Below, piece by piece: positions 12,148-25,974 of a DNA stretch of 37,835 bases. The stretch comes from Circinaria calcarea (taxonomy: Eukaryota), in NCBI GenBank assembly GCA_051942165.1, contig JAVECS010000032.1:1-37835 (forward strand), read 5' to 3'. Below the pieces are notes generated by a model. That model searched no databases, was not told where the DNA came from, and saw only the letters and a program-made list of their open reading frames with translations. The position numbers and the translations under genes were made by a program. The stretch's first letter is position 1; the number at the start of each line of letters is the position of its first letter.

Positions 12148-12993
12148 CTATGATTTGCCCGTTATAGTTTTAATCTGGAAAGTAGCGCCAGGTAGCTCGG
12201 ATGTCTCCGCTTGTACTGTCGCGTTGATGCCCATACTGGCCAGAGCACCTCGGATTACTCCACAAGGAAACCAGAGGAACTATATCGGTCAGCAGGCAAA
12301 TTACCTCATGCATTGTGGAGACCGCATACTGGCTGAGCTTGTGAAGTGGCCTCTGCAGGTGACTGCATGCTCATACGTGAGAAAGGCTTAAAGGTGTTGT
12401 CTGTAAGAACGTAGACACCCTGAATGGATGCAATTTCCCGCTTCAGCACTACCCCTGCCACCGCGGGAGGAGCTCTCATACCCGGTGATTTGTCTTCAGG
12501 TTGTCAATCTGCTTCTTGAAAAGCAGTGTCCACAAATCCTTGCACAGAAACTTGATCACATCCAGTGTGTCGAGGAAGCGTGGCCGATCCCTCGAGAATC
12601 TAGGTGGAGGAGAAGAAGGAGGCAAAGAGTCAGCAAAGCGCTTCACCCCTTGCGTCTCCAGCGGTTTTTTTCCCGGGCCGGTCCATCATTCCCCGATCGC
12701 CACGGGGTGAGTTCTTCTTCACGTAGCGGAAAAAGACAATCTCACCTCTCGACCAAGCCCTGGCCGACCCGGTATCCCAATGTCTCCAAGCGTCGAAACG
12801 CAGCTTCCCTCTGCCCGTCCTCTTCCTCCCCCTTCGCCTTCTCTCCGTTTCCCGCGGCGACTGAAAGTTCGCGGGCGAGTCGGTAAGCCATGGGCACAAT
12901 CTCAATCAGGAGAAGGTCCAGACAGGAGCTGTTAAGGAAGTTTGCATGAGGATCGGAAGCATTATAGGGTTGAAGGGGCGTATCGAAGGACAT
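12148..12993 (-). CDS. TRS33: TRAPP complex subunit Trs33 (Bet3 family), 4 exons
   Basis: [88 protein letters not shown] 12148-12150. Confidence 0.93.
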
Positions 12994-13472
12994 GAGCGTT
13001 CTTCGCGGATCAGTCTCTTTGGTTCGCTGCTCGTCTCATGTCGCGTTGTTCCGTGGGTCGGCTTGCACGATTCTGGAAAAGAGGGTCGGATGGTCTGTCG
13101 TCGGATTTAAGCATGCATTGATCAAGAACAGTCACTTTTCATGCGTGGAGCGAGCGCTGCCTTGGTATCATAGCTAGTCATTACTAGGATTTGGGGGTAT
13201 GTTGTGAAGTACATCAGAATGCGGCCCTGCCAACCCCAACTCGCCGTAGCGTAGTTTTCCATGTTCCAACGCCAAGCTTCGTGCCAGTAGCCGCGCCGGG
13301 CTGCCAAATGCGGCATGCACGAATGCCTTTCTAAGAAGACGCCAACGATCGAAGCGAGATCTTCCGCTACCACCGGCTTCGACCATTGCAGGCACATCCG
13401 AAGCAGACGCTTGAAAGTGATCTCCTCGACAGGGTGGATTCGCAAAAGTTTACAGCAGAGGGTCTGGAGAAA

Positions 13473-15602
13473 TTATCGCGATACATCAAAAGCGTAGTTT
13501 GGTGGACCGGACGGCGGCCTTGCAGGATTCAGCTTCGGAAGATTAAAGCTCGTCCCGTTTAGTCGATCTGAAAGTGCTCCCGGTCCGTCCGTCGAAGTAC
13601 TATAGGCATGAGGCGGGACTCGCGGCTCAATCTGACTCGACTGCCGCTTAGGAGCTCGAACAGGCTGGTCTTCCTCATCGCTGCTGAAAGTAAGGTCTAT
13701 GACTTGACCTATCGGTCTTTTGCCATTCACGGACCGTGGCGCTGCGGAGGCAGTAGACTGTTCCCTTGATGAATATGGCGGTGTCCTGGTCATTGATCCG
13801 GGTGTGAAAACGGCTTCGTCTTTAATTGCCGCCAGTCGAGGCATATCATGGATCTCGATCAAATCGTCATCTTCGTCGCTTTCTGAATGAGCTCCACTTC
13901 TTGCCTTGGGATTGGATGAACCTTCATTAGGTGAGACTTGCGACCATTCTCCATTCGGTTCAATCGTGACCTGATCGACAGATGATGGTGTAGATCTCAG
14001 TATATCGTTAACGTATCTGCTGCGTGTTAGCAGCTTCGACATGCCCCCACGTATTTGAACATACTGGTCGACTTCGAGCGCTTCAAAGGAGATAATCTTG
14101 TTGCAAACCGGGCAAGTCCATGTAGGAGCTTGCTCCTGGAGCTGGAGGAAAGACAAAGCATCGAAACATTGATTGTGAGTACAGATCGTAGATCGACATG
14201 GGATGTCAATGCGCAAAGTTGAGAGGGGACATTTTAAGGACATTATTGACGACGTAGCTACAATATCGCTATCTTGAGCTTTGCTAATCACTGTTTATGA
14301 TTAGGATATCATCTTCTCCGTTTGTGCCGCCGATAGGAATAGAGCCTTACTCTCACGAATTACTTGTTCTTTCGAGATAGATTTGCCTGTTTTCAGCTTT
14401 TTCACCAGCTCTTCCGGAGGGATCTGCTCAACAAGATTGACGACGATATAGAACTTCTAGAAAGCAGAGTCAGTATCTTCAACATGCTCGAGTCGTTGGT
14501 AGGATGATATATAGGAATCCATGGATTTATCCCACGTACGTGAATGCTGCGTTTTGGGTATCTGGAGCACTCACTTTGGTGGTCAGGGCATACGTCACCG
14601 TCATAGAGTTATCATACCCTGGACGCTTTCGAAGCATATAGGTGATATCCGCGGGTCTTGTTGATCCCGGCTTATTTTTAAGCCCTCTCAGATTCGCCTT
14701 TACTTCATCGAGATTAACTTTAATCTCGACTTGATGTGGAAATGCAATGTCGACCTTTGAAAACGGAGATATGGGATCCGAAGCACAGTACACCATCGCT
14801 TTTAGGTTCAGGGTAGTATTAAGTAGCTTCTCGGTTACGCTTTGCTTGAGGGTGATCTTGCATTCCAGTGTATCCCGGGTATTTTCTCGTACTGAATTGG
14901 GCTGGTCAATGTCTGACCCGCAATATGAGTATAAGGTAACAAGGAGACCGTGAACATTATGTACCTTTACATTCCAGAACAGGTGTAAGGGGTTCAACAA
15001 TCGAATAAAAGGGGCTATCCTTGAAATTTGGCCGTGCTGATAGAATAATTAGTAGCGCTCGCCTTAGAATGATTTGAAAAGACTTGTATCCAAGTACCAT
15101 GGGCGTATGCGGTTGAAGGCATTACAGGTGCAAACGAGTTCGGGAGTCTAACAGCTCCGCCAGTAATCGGTGCTTGCGGTTGAGTGGCCGGCGTCAGTGT
15201 GCTATTGTGGAAGGTTCGAGGAAGATTCGATGGAGTGGTATCAGGGTTGTAGACCAGGGCCTTCACTCGGTTGAACCCATCAACATCGCCGGAGCGCGCG
15301 TACCCAAATAAATCTTAAATGTGGAAAAAGTTGAATTAGCGGCGGGCCACCAAACGTATAGAGTAATTGAGCTCGGCGGCAAGGGTCTTTATGGTAGACA
15401 GAGGCATAGAGGACGAGCCAAAACGTCAAGGCATTCAATATAATCGCCAGAACCTACGTGTGATGATGCGCTCTTGCATGGTAGCTTTTACCCCTGATAC
15501 CGCGAGGCCCTCTTTCCTCAGGATTGTTTTCAACTGTGCATTAACGAGTGTCTTCACCTTTGCGGCTACATTCTGGGGATCAAGTGATCCAGCAGAAGCC
15601 AT
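13473..15602 (-). CDS. SIZ1: SIZ/PIAS-type E3 SUMO ligase (SAP, PINIT, SP-RING/MIZ), 7 exons
   Basis: SAP-like LVNAQLKTILRKEGLAVSGVKATMQERI; PINIT region FPHQVEIKVN..NLRGLKNKPGSTRPADIT; SP-RING SLKCPLSTLRIDIPCRSTICTHNQCFDA..WTCPVC; SIM VIDLT. Confidence 0.92.
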
Positions 15603-16004
15603 TGCTGGCGCTGCGTGCAGCTAGGGATGAGGTCACAAAAACCCAGGGTCTTCTAGGAACGCTTGGTTGGTCGCCTGACTTGAATGCATGGAGGAGGGAG
15701 GTTTTTTTGGGTGGTTAAGTGTTGACCTTTCCTGACGTTGAAGGAAGGTGATGTTGGCGCGAGGCGGATAACGGCCCAAAATTTCGCGAGTTGCGGAGTG
15801 AAGGTTTTCTGAGAATCCACTCCTTGCAAATTCAACACCCATCTCAACCGGACTCAGACTTATCCGCCGAACATGACCCACGATGTACTCTGAAGACAAC
15901 CACTGTCAAGGGTCTCAGTATATGCGCTTATTTGTAATCTCCCCCACAAGATCGAGTCCACCGTCAGACCAGAGGAATCATACCAGGAAACATACTACTC
16001 ACAT

Positions 16005-16575
16005 ATGGCCAAGGGACTACGCTCTAGTACGAAAAAAGCAAACAGGGTCAATCTGCGCACGACAGTATTCGGTCCGGTGGAGGATGCCAGAACGGAGAGA
16101 CTCTCGAATAAGCTACTAGAAATCGCATCCAAGCCACGACCGAAGAATAAGGTTGATATGGACATGGATGAGAACCGAAGAGGTAACCCTCGCTTTCACC
16201 GCTACCTCCAATTCATGAAGCTAGCGTATAACAAAGTGCATGTCTAGAGGAGAATAGCCCAGCGATGCGAAATCGAACAGATCCGTTGACAGCTACAACA
16301 TCTCTAGTATCAGAATCTAGTAAGCTCATCACAAGCTTCTTCAACTAGTTCACGCTGATAACCTTGTGATCATAGCAGCTATGGAACTTGATGACAATAC
16401 GAGCGTCTCGAAGACGGCGACACGGCCAGCGTTGAAAACCGGCCATATACCAAAGAGAAAGCGGGGGAAAGTCAATGCTTCAATGGTTTTTCCTTTTCGT
16501 CATCAAAGAAAAAGGCTACGGACGAGCAGGACATCCAGACAGCCAGCAGGAAGTCGTGCTTTCCCCCCGCGGTAG
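16005..16575 (+). CDS. DUF2423 (YBL028C-like) small basic protein, 3 exons
   Basis: MAKGLRSSTKKANRVNLRTTVFGPVEDARTERLSNKL is the characteristic N-terminus; two GT-AG introns join it to a Lys/Arg-rich last exon. Confidence 0.82.
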
Positions 16576-17461
16576 CTTCATCACACCTATCGCTTTATTT
16601 CACGATGAGGCATTCGTAATGATAGAATCGTGTAATCACCGTTCCATCTAGACCGGCTCACAACCAAACATCTGAAGTCATTCCTAGAGTCATGCCGGAA
16701 AGAAAGGGTTATGTCACAATAGCCTCAACCACTCTGCTTTCCCCATTCACCCCTTGGCTCGGTGGTGCGACGTGTTGAGGTTACGACTTTAATGGTAAAC
16801 ATGCCACAGTTTGGCAACTCCGATGGTAGACCCGACTTCCACGATAGACCCCGGTTAATAAACTGGGTTTGATTACCAACCTACGGTAGAAATCCATACG
16901 CGACCACGATAAAGTTACCAAGAACACTATCGTTTTTCTATATATACACCTGCACAATGATCTGTAATATAGGATTATCCTTTAAAGAAAATACGGGCGA
17001 CCATTATGGTGTGGCCACCATAGAATATGCTAGGGAATATGAAATCTCTATATGACTGTATACGGAGTAATATCCATACAATATTCGACCTCCTGCGCAT
17101 GCGAATAGACTTGGCAACCGATTGAAAAAGCAGGGGGAAAGGAAGATAGGTGGAATTCACTGGGCCCTATGGTATGCCCTAGATGCTCAATATATTATTA
17201 TAAAGTCGGTAATAATACGACCACCTATGTTGATAAAATCGCGATCCTTTCCAATTCTAAGGAGAAGCACCGTCTAATTGCATCGTGTACGCATATTAAA
17301 TAGTGTTGTGGCTTAGTAATAAAACACAGACTTTCAATTTATGCTGGTGTTTTGGGGCCGGCCGATTAAATGATAAGGCTAGCCCCGGCGGTAGATTGAC
17401 GACTTAAGCGTATTAGGCGCAGTTACAATTATTCCCGAACTGTATTTAATTGTATAGATAC

Positions 17462-17487
17462 TGTTGTTGTTGTTGTTGTTGTTGTTG
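17462..17487 (+). repeat. (TGT)n microsatellite just upstream of the GPI7 start codon
   Basis: About 9 TGT units ending 11 nt before ATG 17499. Confidence 0.9.
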
Positions 17488-17498
17488 TCCACGGTAAA

Positions 17499-20400
17499 AT
17501 GTCCAATGCCTTTCTATGCATCTCATCACAGTTGTCTTTTGGACTACTGACACTTGCTAACCTCCTCATTCCGATCGCCATCTTGACGTTTGCAGCTGGG
17601 TTTTTCCCTTACAAACCTTTCCTTGCAGGCAGAGCGCTCTACGATGTGGATGAACTTGCCCTGGCGAGAAATGCCCCATTCAACAAGGTCATATTCATGG
17701 TTGTCGATGCGCTCAGGAGGTGTGCTTTCGGGAGTCAATCGTCTCGGGTACTTGAACTAATCATGGCAGCGACTTTGTCTACTCCAATCATTCAGGGTTT
17801 CTGTTCACCCAAAGGTACTTGCAAACCAGGTAGACTGTTTCAATCCATAACGCTACTGAACATCCGACAGTCTGATCAGGTCTGGGGCTGGAATACCCTT
17901 CACGGCGCACGCGAATCCACCAACGATCACCATGCCGCGTGTGAAGGCTATCACCACCGGCTCTATACCGTCTTTCCTCGACGTGATCTTGAATTTTGCT
18001 GAGTCCGACTCTTCGTCGAGCTTAGCACATCAGGATAGCTGGCCTACCCAATTGCAATCGAAGCCAGGAGGACGGCTGGTCTTTTACGGGGATGATACTT
18101 GGCTTAAGCTATTTCCCAATGCCTTCTTCCGCGCTGATGGTACATCAAGCTTTTTTGTTTCGGTTAGTGCCACTGTTTGTCTAGCAATGTGTACAATAGT
18201 CTAAGTTGTAGCTAAGTTTCTGATGCTAGGATTTTACTGAAGTGGACAACAACGTGACGAGGCATTTACCGTATGAGCTAGATCAGAGTGACTGGGACGG
18301 TTTGATCATGCATTTCCTTGGACTCGATCATATTGGACACAAGTCCGGCCCGCGAAGGTATATCCACATGGACGATTGGGAAACAAGAATATACTGACGG
18401 AGTAGTTCACATATGTTGCCCAAGCAGTTGGAAATGGATGGGATTGTCAAGCAAATCTATGAAGATATGGAGTCTAAGGACCATCTTCGGTCAACGTTGC
18501 TTGTTCTTTGCGGCGACCACGGAATGAACGATGTAGGTAACCATGGAGGGTCCGCCTCCGGGGAAACATCTCCTGCTCTTGTCTTCATCTCTCCTCGCCT
18601 GCGGAGCATCTCGTCCGGGTTCAAATGCCCTGCGATTATACCGACGAATGAATTCCAATATTATAAGGTAGTTGAACAATCCGATATAGTACCAACCCTT
18701 GCGGGTTTATTAGGGTTTCCTGTGCCGCTAAATAACCTAGGGGTTTTTATACCCGATCTTCTGCGGCTCTGGCCGAATGGTATGTGGCACCTCGGTATAG
18801 AGGATAATTTTTCATGTCTTATTGATATTGATAGAAAATCATCAAGCTCGAATACTATATCAGAATGCGAGACAAGTCCTGAATCTTGTCAAAACTGCAT
18901 TCAATAGCACAGCCTTCGACGACCGATGGAACTCTACCGACTGTTCTCAAATTTCCTCCAATGCATTATGTTTGCAATGCCAGTGGAGTTTTGCGAAGAA
19001 ATCGTTTGATAGTAAAGTTGTTAGTACCGAAATGAAGTTGGATGCGTTATTTAAGGTAAATTTGCTCGAACGAGGAAATATTAGGACATTCGCTAAGTCC
19101 GCAGTTTCTCCATAGTGCTCAAGATATCATGAGCGTTGCCGCCAGCAGCTACGACATCGCAACATTACAAGCAGGTATTGTTATTGCCGCACTGGCCACA
19201 TTTGTGGCTATCGCTATGTGCGCTACGAGCACCGAGAGAGCAAGTTCGACGAGCTCTGTATTTTTATTTTCGGTGCTGGCGTATGGTGCAACGATGTTTG
19301 CGAGCAGCTATGTTGAGGAGGAACAGCACTTCTGGTATTGGATGACGTCCGGTTGGCTGGCATGGCTTGGTCTCAAGGTGTAAGCGTTAGTCCGTGTCTC
19401 GAGATTTGGGAGTATTGCCAACGTGCCAAATATAGTTATTCTGATCGGAAGCATATGACCAAGGCTCGTTTCTGGCTTGCCGTCGCCTTACTTATTACAA
19501 CCCGTATTGTACGCCGCTGGAACCAGACAGGTCAGAAGCACGCCGGAAGCCCGGACATTGCTGGAACGTTTCTGACAGCCCATTGCTCAACACTGTGGAT
19601 ACTCATCATAGCATTGTACCTCGATCTGGCTCGTCGCATATCTTCAAGCGGCCTGCCGGGAGCTCCTCGTCACGTCTCTAAAATCGTTGCGATTTCAATC
19701 TGCCTTGCTGCCTTTGGTTTCAAAGTCAAATATACACACGCAGATGCTCCGGAGCTTTTACCTGGGTTTGAGAAAATGTTTATGAACGTTATGGAAGAGG
19801 CTTCGCTAAATACTCAGGCTCGCTCTGTCTTTCTTAGTCTAGGAATTTGCTCGACTTGGATCATTTTTCAGAGATGCCGTCGGCAGTTGCAATCGAAGTC
19901 GAAAACAACTGGGCTAGGTACGTACATTTGAATCGCCTTCCGGTCTTTCCAGTCTTTCTAATTGGAATAAGCAGAGCTCGCCGGACCGTTTCATGATCTA
20001 CTAACCCTCTTTCTTGTAACACAATCTCGAGTCAATAATATTCCGTTATTCCTGATATTTGAGTACCAACTTCAAATCCTCAGATCCCTCCAGCTCAATG
20101 CCGCCGATATCACGCTGACCTCACTCCTTTTCCAGTACACCTCATATTACTCGTTAGGGGGATCCAACGCTATATCCTCTATTGACCTCGCAAATGCTTA
20201 TAATGGCATAAGCGGCTATAATGTCGTCGCGGTTGGGTTCTTAACGTTCGTCAGCAATTGGGCCGGTCCAATCTGGTGGTCATCCGCGGCTTGCCTGCTA
20301 CTTCTCAGGCATCCTAACCGCCGACAGCAAAGAATTCTCAAAAGACACCTCACGACGTGTACCTTGTTCACGGCATGCAGCATTCTATCCGTCATGCTTG

Positions 20401-20546
20401 CCTGTATGGTTCTTAGGGCGCATCTCTTCATTTGGACGGTGTTTTCGCCAAAGTATTTGTATAGCATGGCGTGGAGTTTGGGGCAGCATCTTTGCATGAA
20501 TGTGCTGTTGACCAGCCTATACTTCTGGCTCGCGCCTACCTCCTAG
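17499..20546 (+). CDS. GPI7: GPI ethanolamine phosphate transferase 2 (Gpi7/PIG-G), 9 exons
   Basis: GFFPYKP; IFMVVDALR|SDF; PTITMPRVKAITTGSIPSFLDVILN; FYGDDTWLKLFP; DFTEVDNNVTRH; HFLGLDHIGH; GDHGMN; SSYVEEEQHFWYW; HLFIWTVFSPKYLY. Confidence 0.95.
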
Positions 20547-20673
20547 ACTCATCAACACACGAGTAGAGGGCCTTGTTAAGGTGTCAGGGCGCCAACCACA
20601 CGTAGCTAAGGCTACTCGGGCGTGATTTTCCCAATCGAGTTGGAAACGACAGGAAGGATGATGTAGAGATAGC

Positions 20674-21405
20674 TTAGTTTAACGCATTGAACAGTTTATC
20701 AATGGCATCTCTACCTTTGCCCTTTCGCTTCCCCATATCCCTTGACGGCCTTGGGGTATCTTGACAACTGGTCGCCACCCGAAAACCTCTAATCAACTTC
20801 AGGGAATCATCCATGCTAGAAGGGCAATGTTGACTGTCGTCTCGAACTTGATGCCGAACAGCGACCTCGTCCTCGGCCTTCGCGTTATCAAGTAGTCCCG
20901 GAGTTCCCGTAGCCAGCAGAAGCCGATTCACACATTTCCCCAGATCCTCTGGTGGCGCAACACCCGGACCGAGTGTCACCAGCGAAAAGTCCTGTGCCGT
21001 GTCTTCGGGATGAAGGCCGACCTTGCGGAGAAGAGATCGAACGATGGACTGCAGCACCGCAAGAGTAGAAACGAGGACGAGTCCCACAGGAGAGAACTGA
21101 GTGTCGGCCACCAGCTGCGTAAAGGCTCTACAAGGCATGAGTGGTCAGCGAACAGCCATCGCGGACATGACTCGGTCCAAATGTACCCACCGATAACAGC
21201 GGGGGATCACGGTCGTTTGCATATGATGCATTCTGGTCCTGACCTGTGCCGCTTTCAGGTCGACGTGCTCCAGTCGGGCCACACAACGCCTCAGCATGGA
21301 TAGCTGTCTCCACCAATTGGTGACACGGTGCTGGTTCTTATTGCGCCGATATACAAGCTCTAGCAGATTTGATACTTCGTGTAGTCCGCTCGGATCGGCC
21401 ATCAT
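20674..21405 (-). CDS. RMP1: RNase MRP protein subunit Rmp1, 2 exons
   Basis: LELVYRRNKNQHRVTNWWRQLSMLRR; IPRCY|RAFTQLVADTQFSPVGLVL; basic tail ending DAIDKLF. Start is ATG 21405 or 21402. Confidence 0.85.
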
Positions 21406-22031
21406 TATTCCCACAGACGGCTTTCATATATGCGATAGGAAACCTAATAGGACTATGTATATTCGAAGAAACAGAGTTGAAGTCTTCACCAGTAGATGAG
21501 ATTCCAATGTAAATCTCGGCGCTTTTCTTTCACTGCAGCAAAAGCTTTCCTAGTATTACTGAGCTATCTACCAAGCGACATAGCCACACCTTTAGGCCAG
21601 CGCAAAATCCTCCGTCATTCCACCACCATTACCCTTTCCTTGCTATCTTCGAGACATCTTTCGAGAAGCAGAGTTGTCGCCAGAAGTGAGCAATACTGCT
21701 AGTATCCGAGCGCGGTCAGCAAAGCCGCATCTCATATATAGCCTTTGGACTTTCGTCCGAGGCCCTCTAACCGATAATACGTTCGCTCAAGTAACCTTCT
21801 GCGTCCCGGCAAACCATGAATGCCCAAATCAAGCGTGAATCACTACACCGGCAGGCTGCACAGGATATTGACAAAAAGAGTGTGCCAATGTAGCCCAAGA
21901 CCAATCTAATAGTCCAAATCAAAGGTAATGCTCCTGGGCTGGTGCTGCGAATACTAGGTCAACATCCCCCAGCTTACTCTTGCCACTCAACGTACATTCG
22001 ATTAACTAGGTCGTCGGCTGCGTATCTTTTT

Positions 22032-24979
22032 CTAGTATCCCAGATGACGGGGGCCGTGGTAACTTCCCCGGAACTGAAAAGCGCCGCCGATGCGATGGTA
22101 CGAAACCCCACTTTGACGCTGGTACTCCTCGTAATCGCAGCAGTCCTCCATCTCAGCAAGGCGAGTCCCACGGTCGTACTGTGAGCGGCGACGACGTTGC
22201 TCGTCTCGAAAGTGCTGCCCAGCTCGAGGAGCAAACAGCCCTAGATTATTTTAACTTTAGTCTGTGTTCCAGCCTAAGATTTCATATAACATCCACTGAC
22301 CGACGTGCTCTGCATTTTCTACGCTTCGGCGCATTTTAGATGGGTTGTCGGGGCCTGGGAAAGTGTCTTCCTCACCAGCCAGAGCACCTGTGCCTGTGCG
22401 AAAGATCTACATAGCGTTATTGTCCGGATCATGCCACTCGGTTAAGATTAACTGACCTTAGGACGAAAAGAGGGATGTTCCAGCATTACAGAACTATTGC
22501 GGAACTTCTGCACAAGGCAATCTTTCCCTTGAATTGCTCCACTTACGTTTTAGTACAATCTCCTTGACAGAAATAATCTTGACTTACTGGCGTACGAGAC
22601 TTCCGCGACCTTATCGCTATTAAATCGATTCCTAACAAAATGTCAGTCTATGCGAGTTCGAACAGTTTCATTGTGACCGTGCCAACGATGTCCTGCGCGG
22701 GCATTGACAAACTATTATGAGTGTCAGCGAAGTAAATTATTTTTGTCCGGAAAGATCAGTATACATCACTAATAAACCATGGCTGCGATCTTGGGTCAGT
22801 TCAAATTCCAGGTCCAAAAGCATAGTTCACAGCTTAACTCACATCCTCAAAGTTAATGAAAGCATAGCCAACGCTAGGAAGGTCAGATACTAGACGCTGA
22901 GTGTAATGAGTGCTATCCGCAACTCACTTGCAGTTATTAGCAAAATCTATGCAGTAGTATTAGCAGGACCATGTGACTGGTTCTGGGCGAACAAACTTAC
23001 CTATGCGAAGATACATGAAATCATACTTGCCACGGCTTGTTTCGTCAACTATTTCCTTCAGCATAGCCTAGTTCCGAATAAGTCGAACGTTTTCTGATCA
23101 GAGATGGAACACTTACTTGGTCGATTTTGTTGGGAATATTGCGAAGCATAATCTATAAATGAAGTTAGTATTGTGGGCCTATAACTACTGAAATGACTGT
23201 GTGAATCTTACAGTAGTACGCACATCAAGCCCTTTGCGGATACGCTCAACGTCGACAACATTGTGATGACCAGAAGCATAATCGTTGTGATGACGAGCGC
23301 TAGGCCTGGAGGTGACCTGCTGTTGTTGGAGGAGTGGACCATTGCGAGCTCGATACGGAGGACTCACGACACGGGCTTGGCCGACCCCTCTTGGAGTGAT
23401 TGATTCCCATGGAGTTGTGTGGATCTCAAAGCCTGGGTACTCACTGAAAGACGAGCTGCTATACCGAGCTCGTTGAAACTCGGTGTCAGAGTAACCTGGA
23501 GAGTAGGATCCAACTGGGGAGATCATATAGTGTTCATCGTGGTCTAGTCCCAGGGACGACAAGCTTAGGTTCGGACTCAGACCAAGGTATGAAAACGGCA
23601 ACATTGAACCTGGTGCATCGACATTGAAAGATCCATGGCCGCCGGTAAAGTTCGCATGGCCTAGGGCGCTGTCATGACAAGGATCTTCGTTACCAATGAT
23701 CAAAGGGCCACTATCTTTTGCCAGAGATGATTGGTGGGGTAACTCAATGTCGGGTACATAGTATGTAGCGGTCATTGTATAGGCCTGAACGTTAGTGAGC
23801 AGTAAACATGGAGATCGACTCCGACTCACCGCCACAGTCGTTCCGTTCAACCGTTCAACAGCAGTGGTTGCAGCCATAGTGTCAAAGAACTGAACTCGGA
23901 ACGATACTTTTGGATACACGGAAGGACCAACATCGAACGACATAAGATCCCCGAAGCTCTGTAAAAGCTCCTTGACAAGATGACCGATAGTATTGGTGTC
24001 GAAACGCTGAAGTGGACCATGGTAAAACGCCGTAGTATCAACCTGGGCTTCATAGACTGACGTGTGCTGGTAATTGTAGGGCTGTATTTTGAGAACAAAA
24101 TGCTTGGGTCCAATGAACTGCACATGCCAGTCTTTACGGACACCTTGGAGGTTTACGAAGGACTTCCTGGCCTCTCTGATATCGGTGTAGGCAACATAGA
24201 CGATGCCGGTGGTATTCAGCTCTGTCAAGAGGATGGAAGTAGGCATTGAGAAATCAGGAGCCTTTTCTTATGAGCCAATTTCAAGCTAATCAGGATCATG
24301 AGCTTACTGTGAAGATATCATGGAGCTCCTGTGGGGTAGTGGTTTTCAGAACTTGACTAATCATTAGGTATCTTGAGCAATCGCCCATGGTTTTCGAAGC
24401 ATCTTCCTTCATGGCCGGCGCAATTGATACCGGGACGGCTCGTGGACCAATTGGAGAGAGCAATTGATCTGGAACATTGGAAAGAGTATCCCTGACCTTT
24501 GCAGCCTTCCAGGTTGTGTCAGGTACCGAAGTAGCTGTCAGATAGCTCACAGTGTCGATACCCATGGGATGGTGATGGGTGTGGGCAGCTGATGATTGGG
24601 AACCACTGAAGGGTAATTTCTTGATGGCTACCGATGATGGTGTAAAGCTCGTAGCTACCGGTGACAATTTGGGTGCTGCCAAAGTGCTACCGTTGATGGT
24701 AACCATACTAGGGGTGGTGGTGAATGGATCATGTGCTCCAAGATTGGTGGATCGGGTAGCTTTGCCATTGGGACTTCCTTTGATAGGAACACCATGAAGC
24801 GTAAAGGTTGGTGGCTGATGGACTTTGACACCACAGTTGGCCATGACCTTGGGCTCGTCACGAGCATCCTCGGGGGAAAAGGTGGTGAGCTTCGTGGCCG
24901 GGGTACCATGGTCAGAGGAAGCGCCTCCTGATGAACAAGGGCTGCTACTTGACGCGGTGGGGGAGTTGAAGTCAGCCAT
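22032..24979 (-). CDS. mei2: Mei2-like RRM RNA-binding protein (meiosis regulator family), 13 exons
   Basis: C-terminal RRM assembled from small exons: DVRTT|IMLRNIPNKIDQ|AMLKEIVDETSRGKYDFMYLRI|DFANNCN|VGYAFINFED|PWFISD|FVNARAGHRW|NRFNSDKVAEVSYAT|IQGKDCLVQKFRNSSVMLEHPSFRPK; TAG 22032-22034. Confidence 0.93.
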
Positions 24980-25974
24980 GGCAGCCTAGTTGGCGGGGAT
25001 AGTGGGTGATTTGAAGGCAAAGAAGCTTGAAAAGATGGTGGAAATGCTGATTCTTGCCGGCCAGGAGAGTCCTGCTGCAGAGCGTGTGTAGATGAAACCT
25101 TCCCAAGTAGATGGCTATCAGTGTGAACAAATGTGAGGGATGAACGCAATTGGATGAAAATAGTACGTGGAAGAGGATGAGTGAACGAGATGAGAAGAGG
25201 AACGAAGAGGGATCTTATACCGTCTCCTTCGAGGGGAAAAAGCAACTAAGGTCAAAAAGGGAAACAAAGTAGCCAACCTCCTTATTTCCGATGGGAAAAA
25301 AGCTGACGCAGAGATGGCGTTAGGTCCAATGTGATCTAGGCTTGCCCTAATTCCGCACCTCTTAGGGCCTTGGCTTTCGTTCCTGGCTCAGAAGGGCAGC
25401 AGCGCAACGCAGCAGGTGCAAGAGCGACCGACATGGACATTGCAGGCCTCTTCTTGTCTGAGAGTGACGTAGGGCAGCAAATCAACCGGGCAGAAATGAC
25501 CATGGTGTCTCCCTACACATTCTACGCCAGCACGAAAGGGAACAATGTGGCGCTTCTTTCATTGCCTTGCTGCTTAATGGCTTGGTATGGGGCAGAAGAT
25601 AGTAGAGGGAGGCACGGTGATGTTGAAGAGTTCCCCTACCTAAGTAATGGATGAGTGGCATCCCGATGTTTATCCGGCAACTATACGCGATGGATGCAAA
25701 GAGTCCAGGAAAAGGTAAACACACCATCAAATCAAAAGTTTACCAACAGAAAGTGTTAGCTCCAGATGTGGGTCCCCTGCTCCTTGGCGCCACAGCCCTA
25801 CCGGTTCATCCCACGCCAGCCGTACCTATCAACGTTGAAGTACTCCATACTAAATATAACGAGGCCGTACCGACTGCTCGTGTAAGCTACCACCGACTCC
25901 CTTAATATCCAGAAGAATATGGCAGGTAAGGATCGGTCCTGGAAGACGCAGCCATAGTAGCAATTGAGGTGGAA

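Noticed and set aside
12600..12745. GC-rich TRS33 intron 1 with ATGATGG and CTGA as a possible C/D snoRNA
   Set aside because: The only CTGA is the branch site itself and I found no rRNA-complementary guide.
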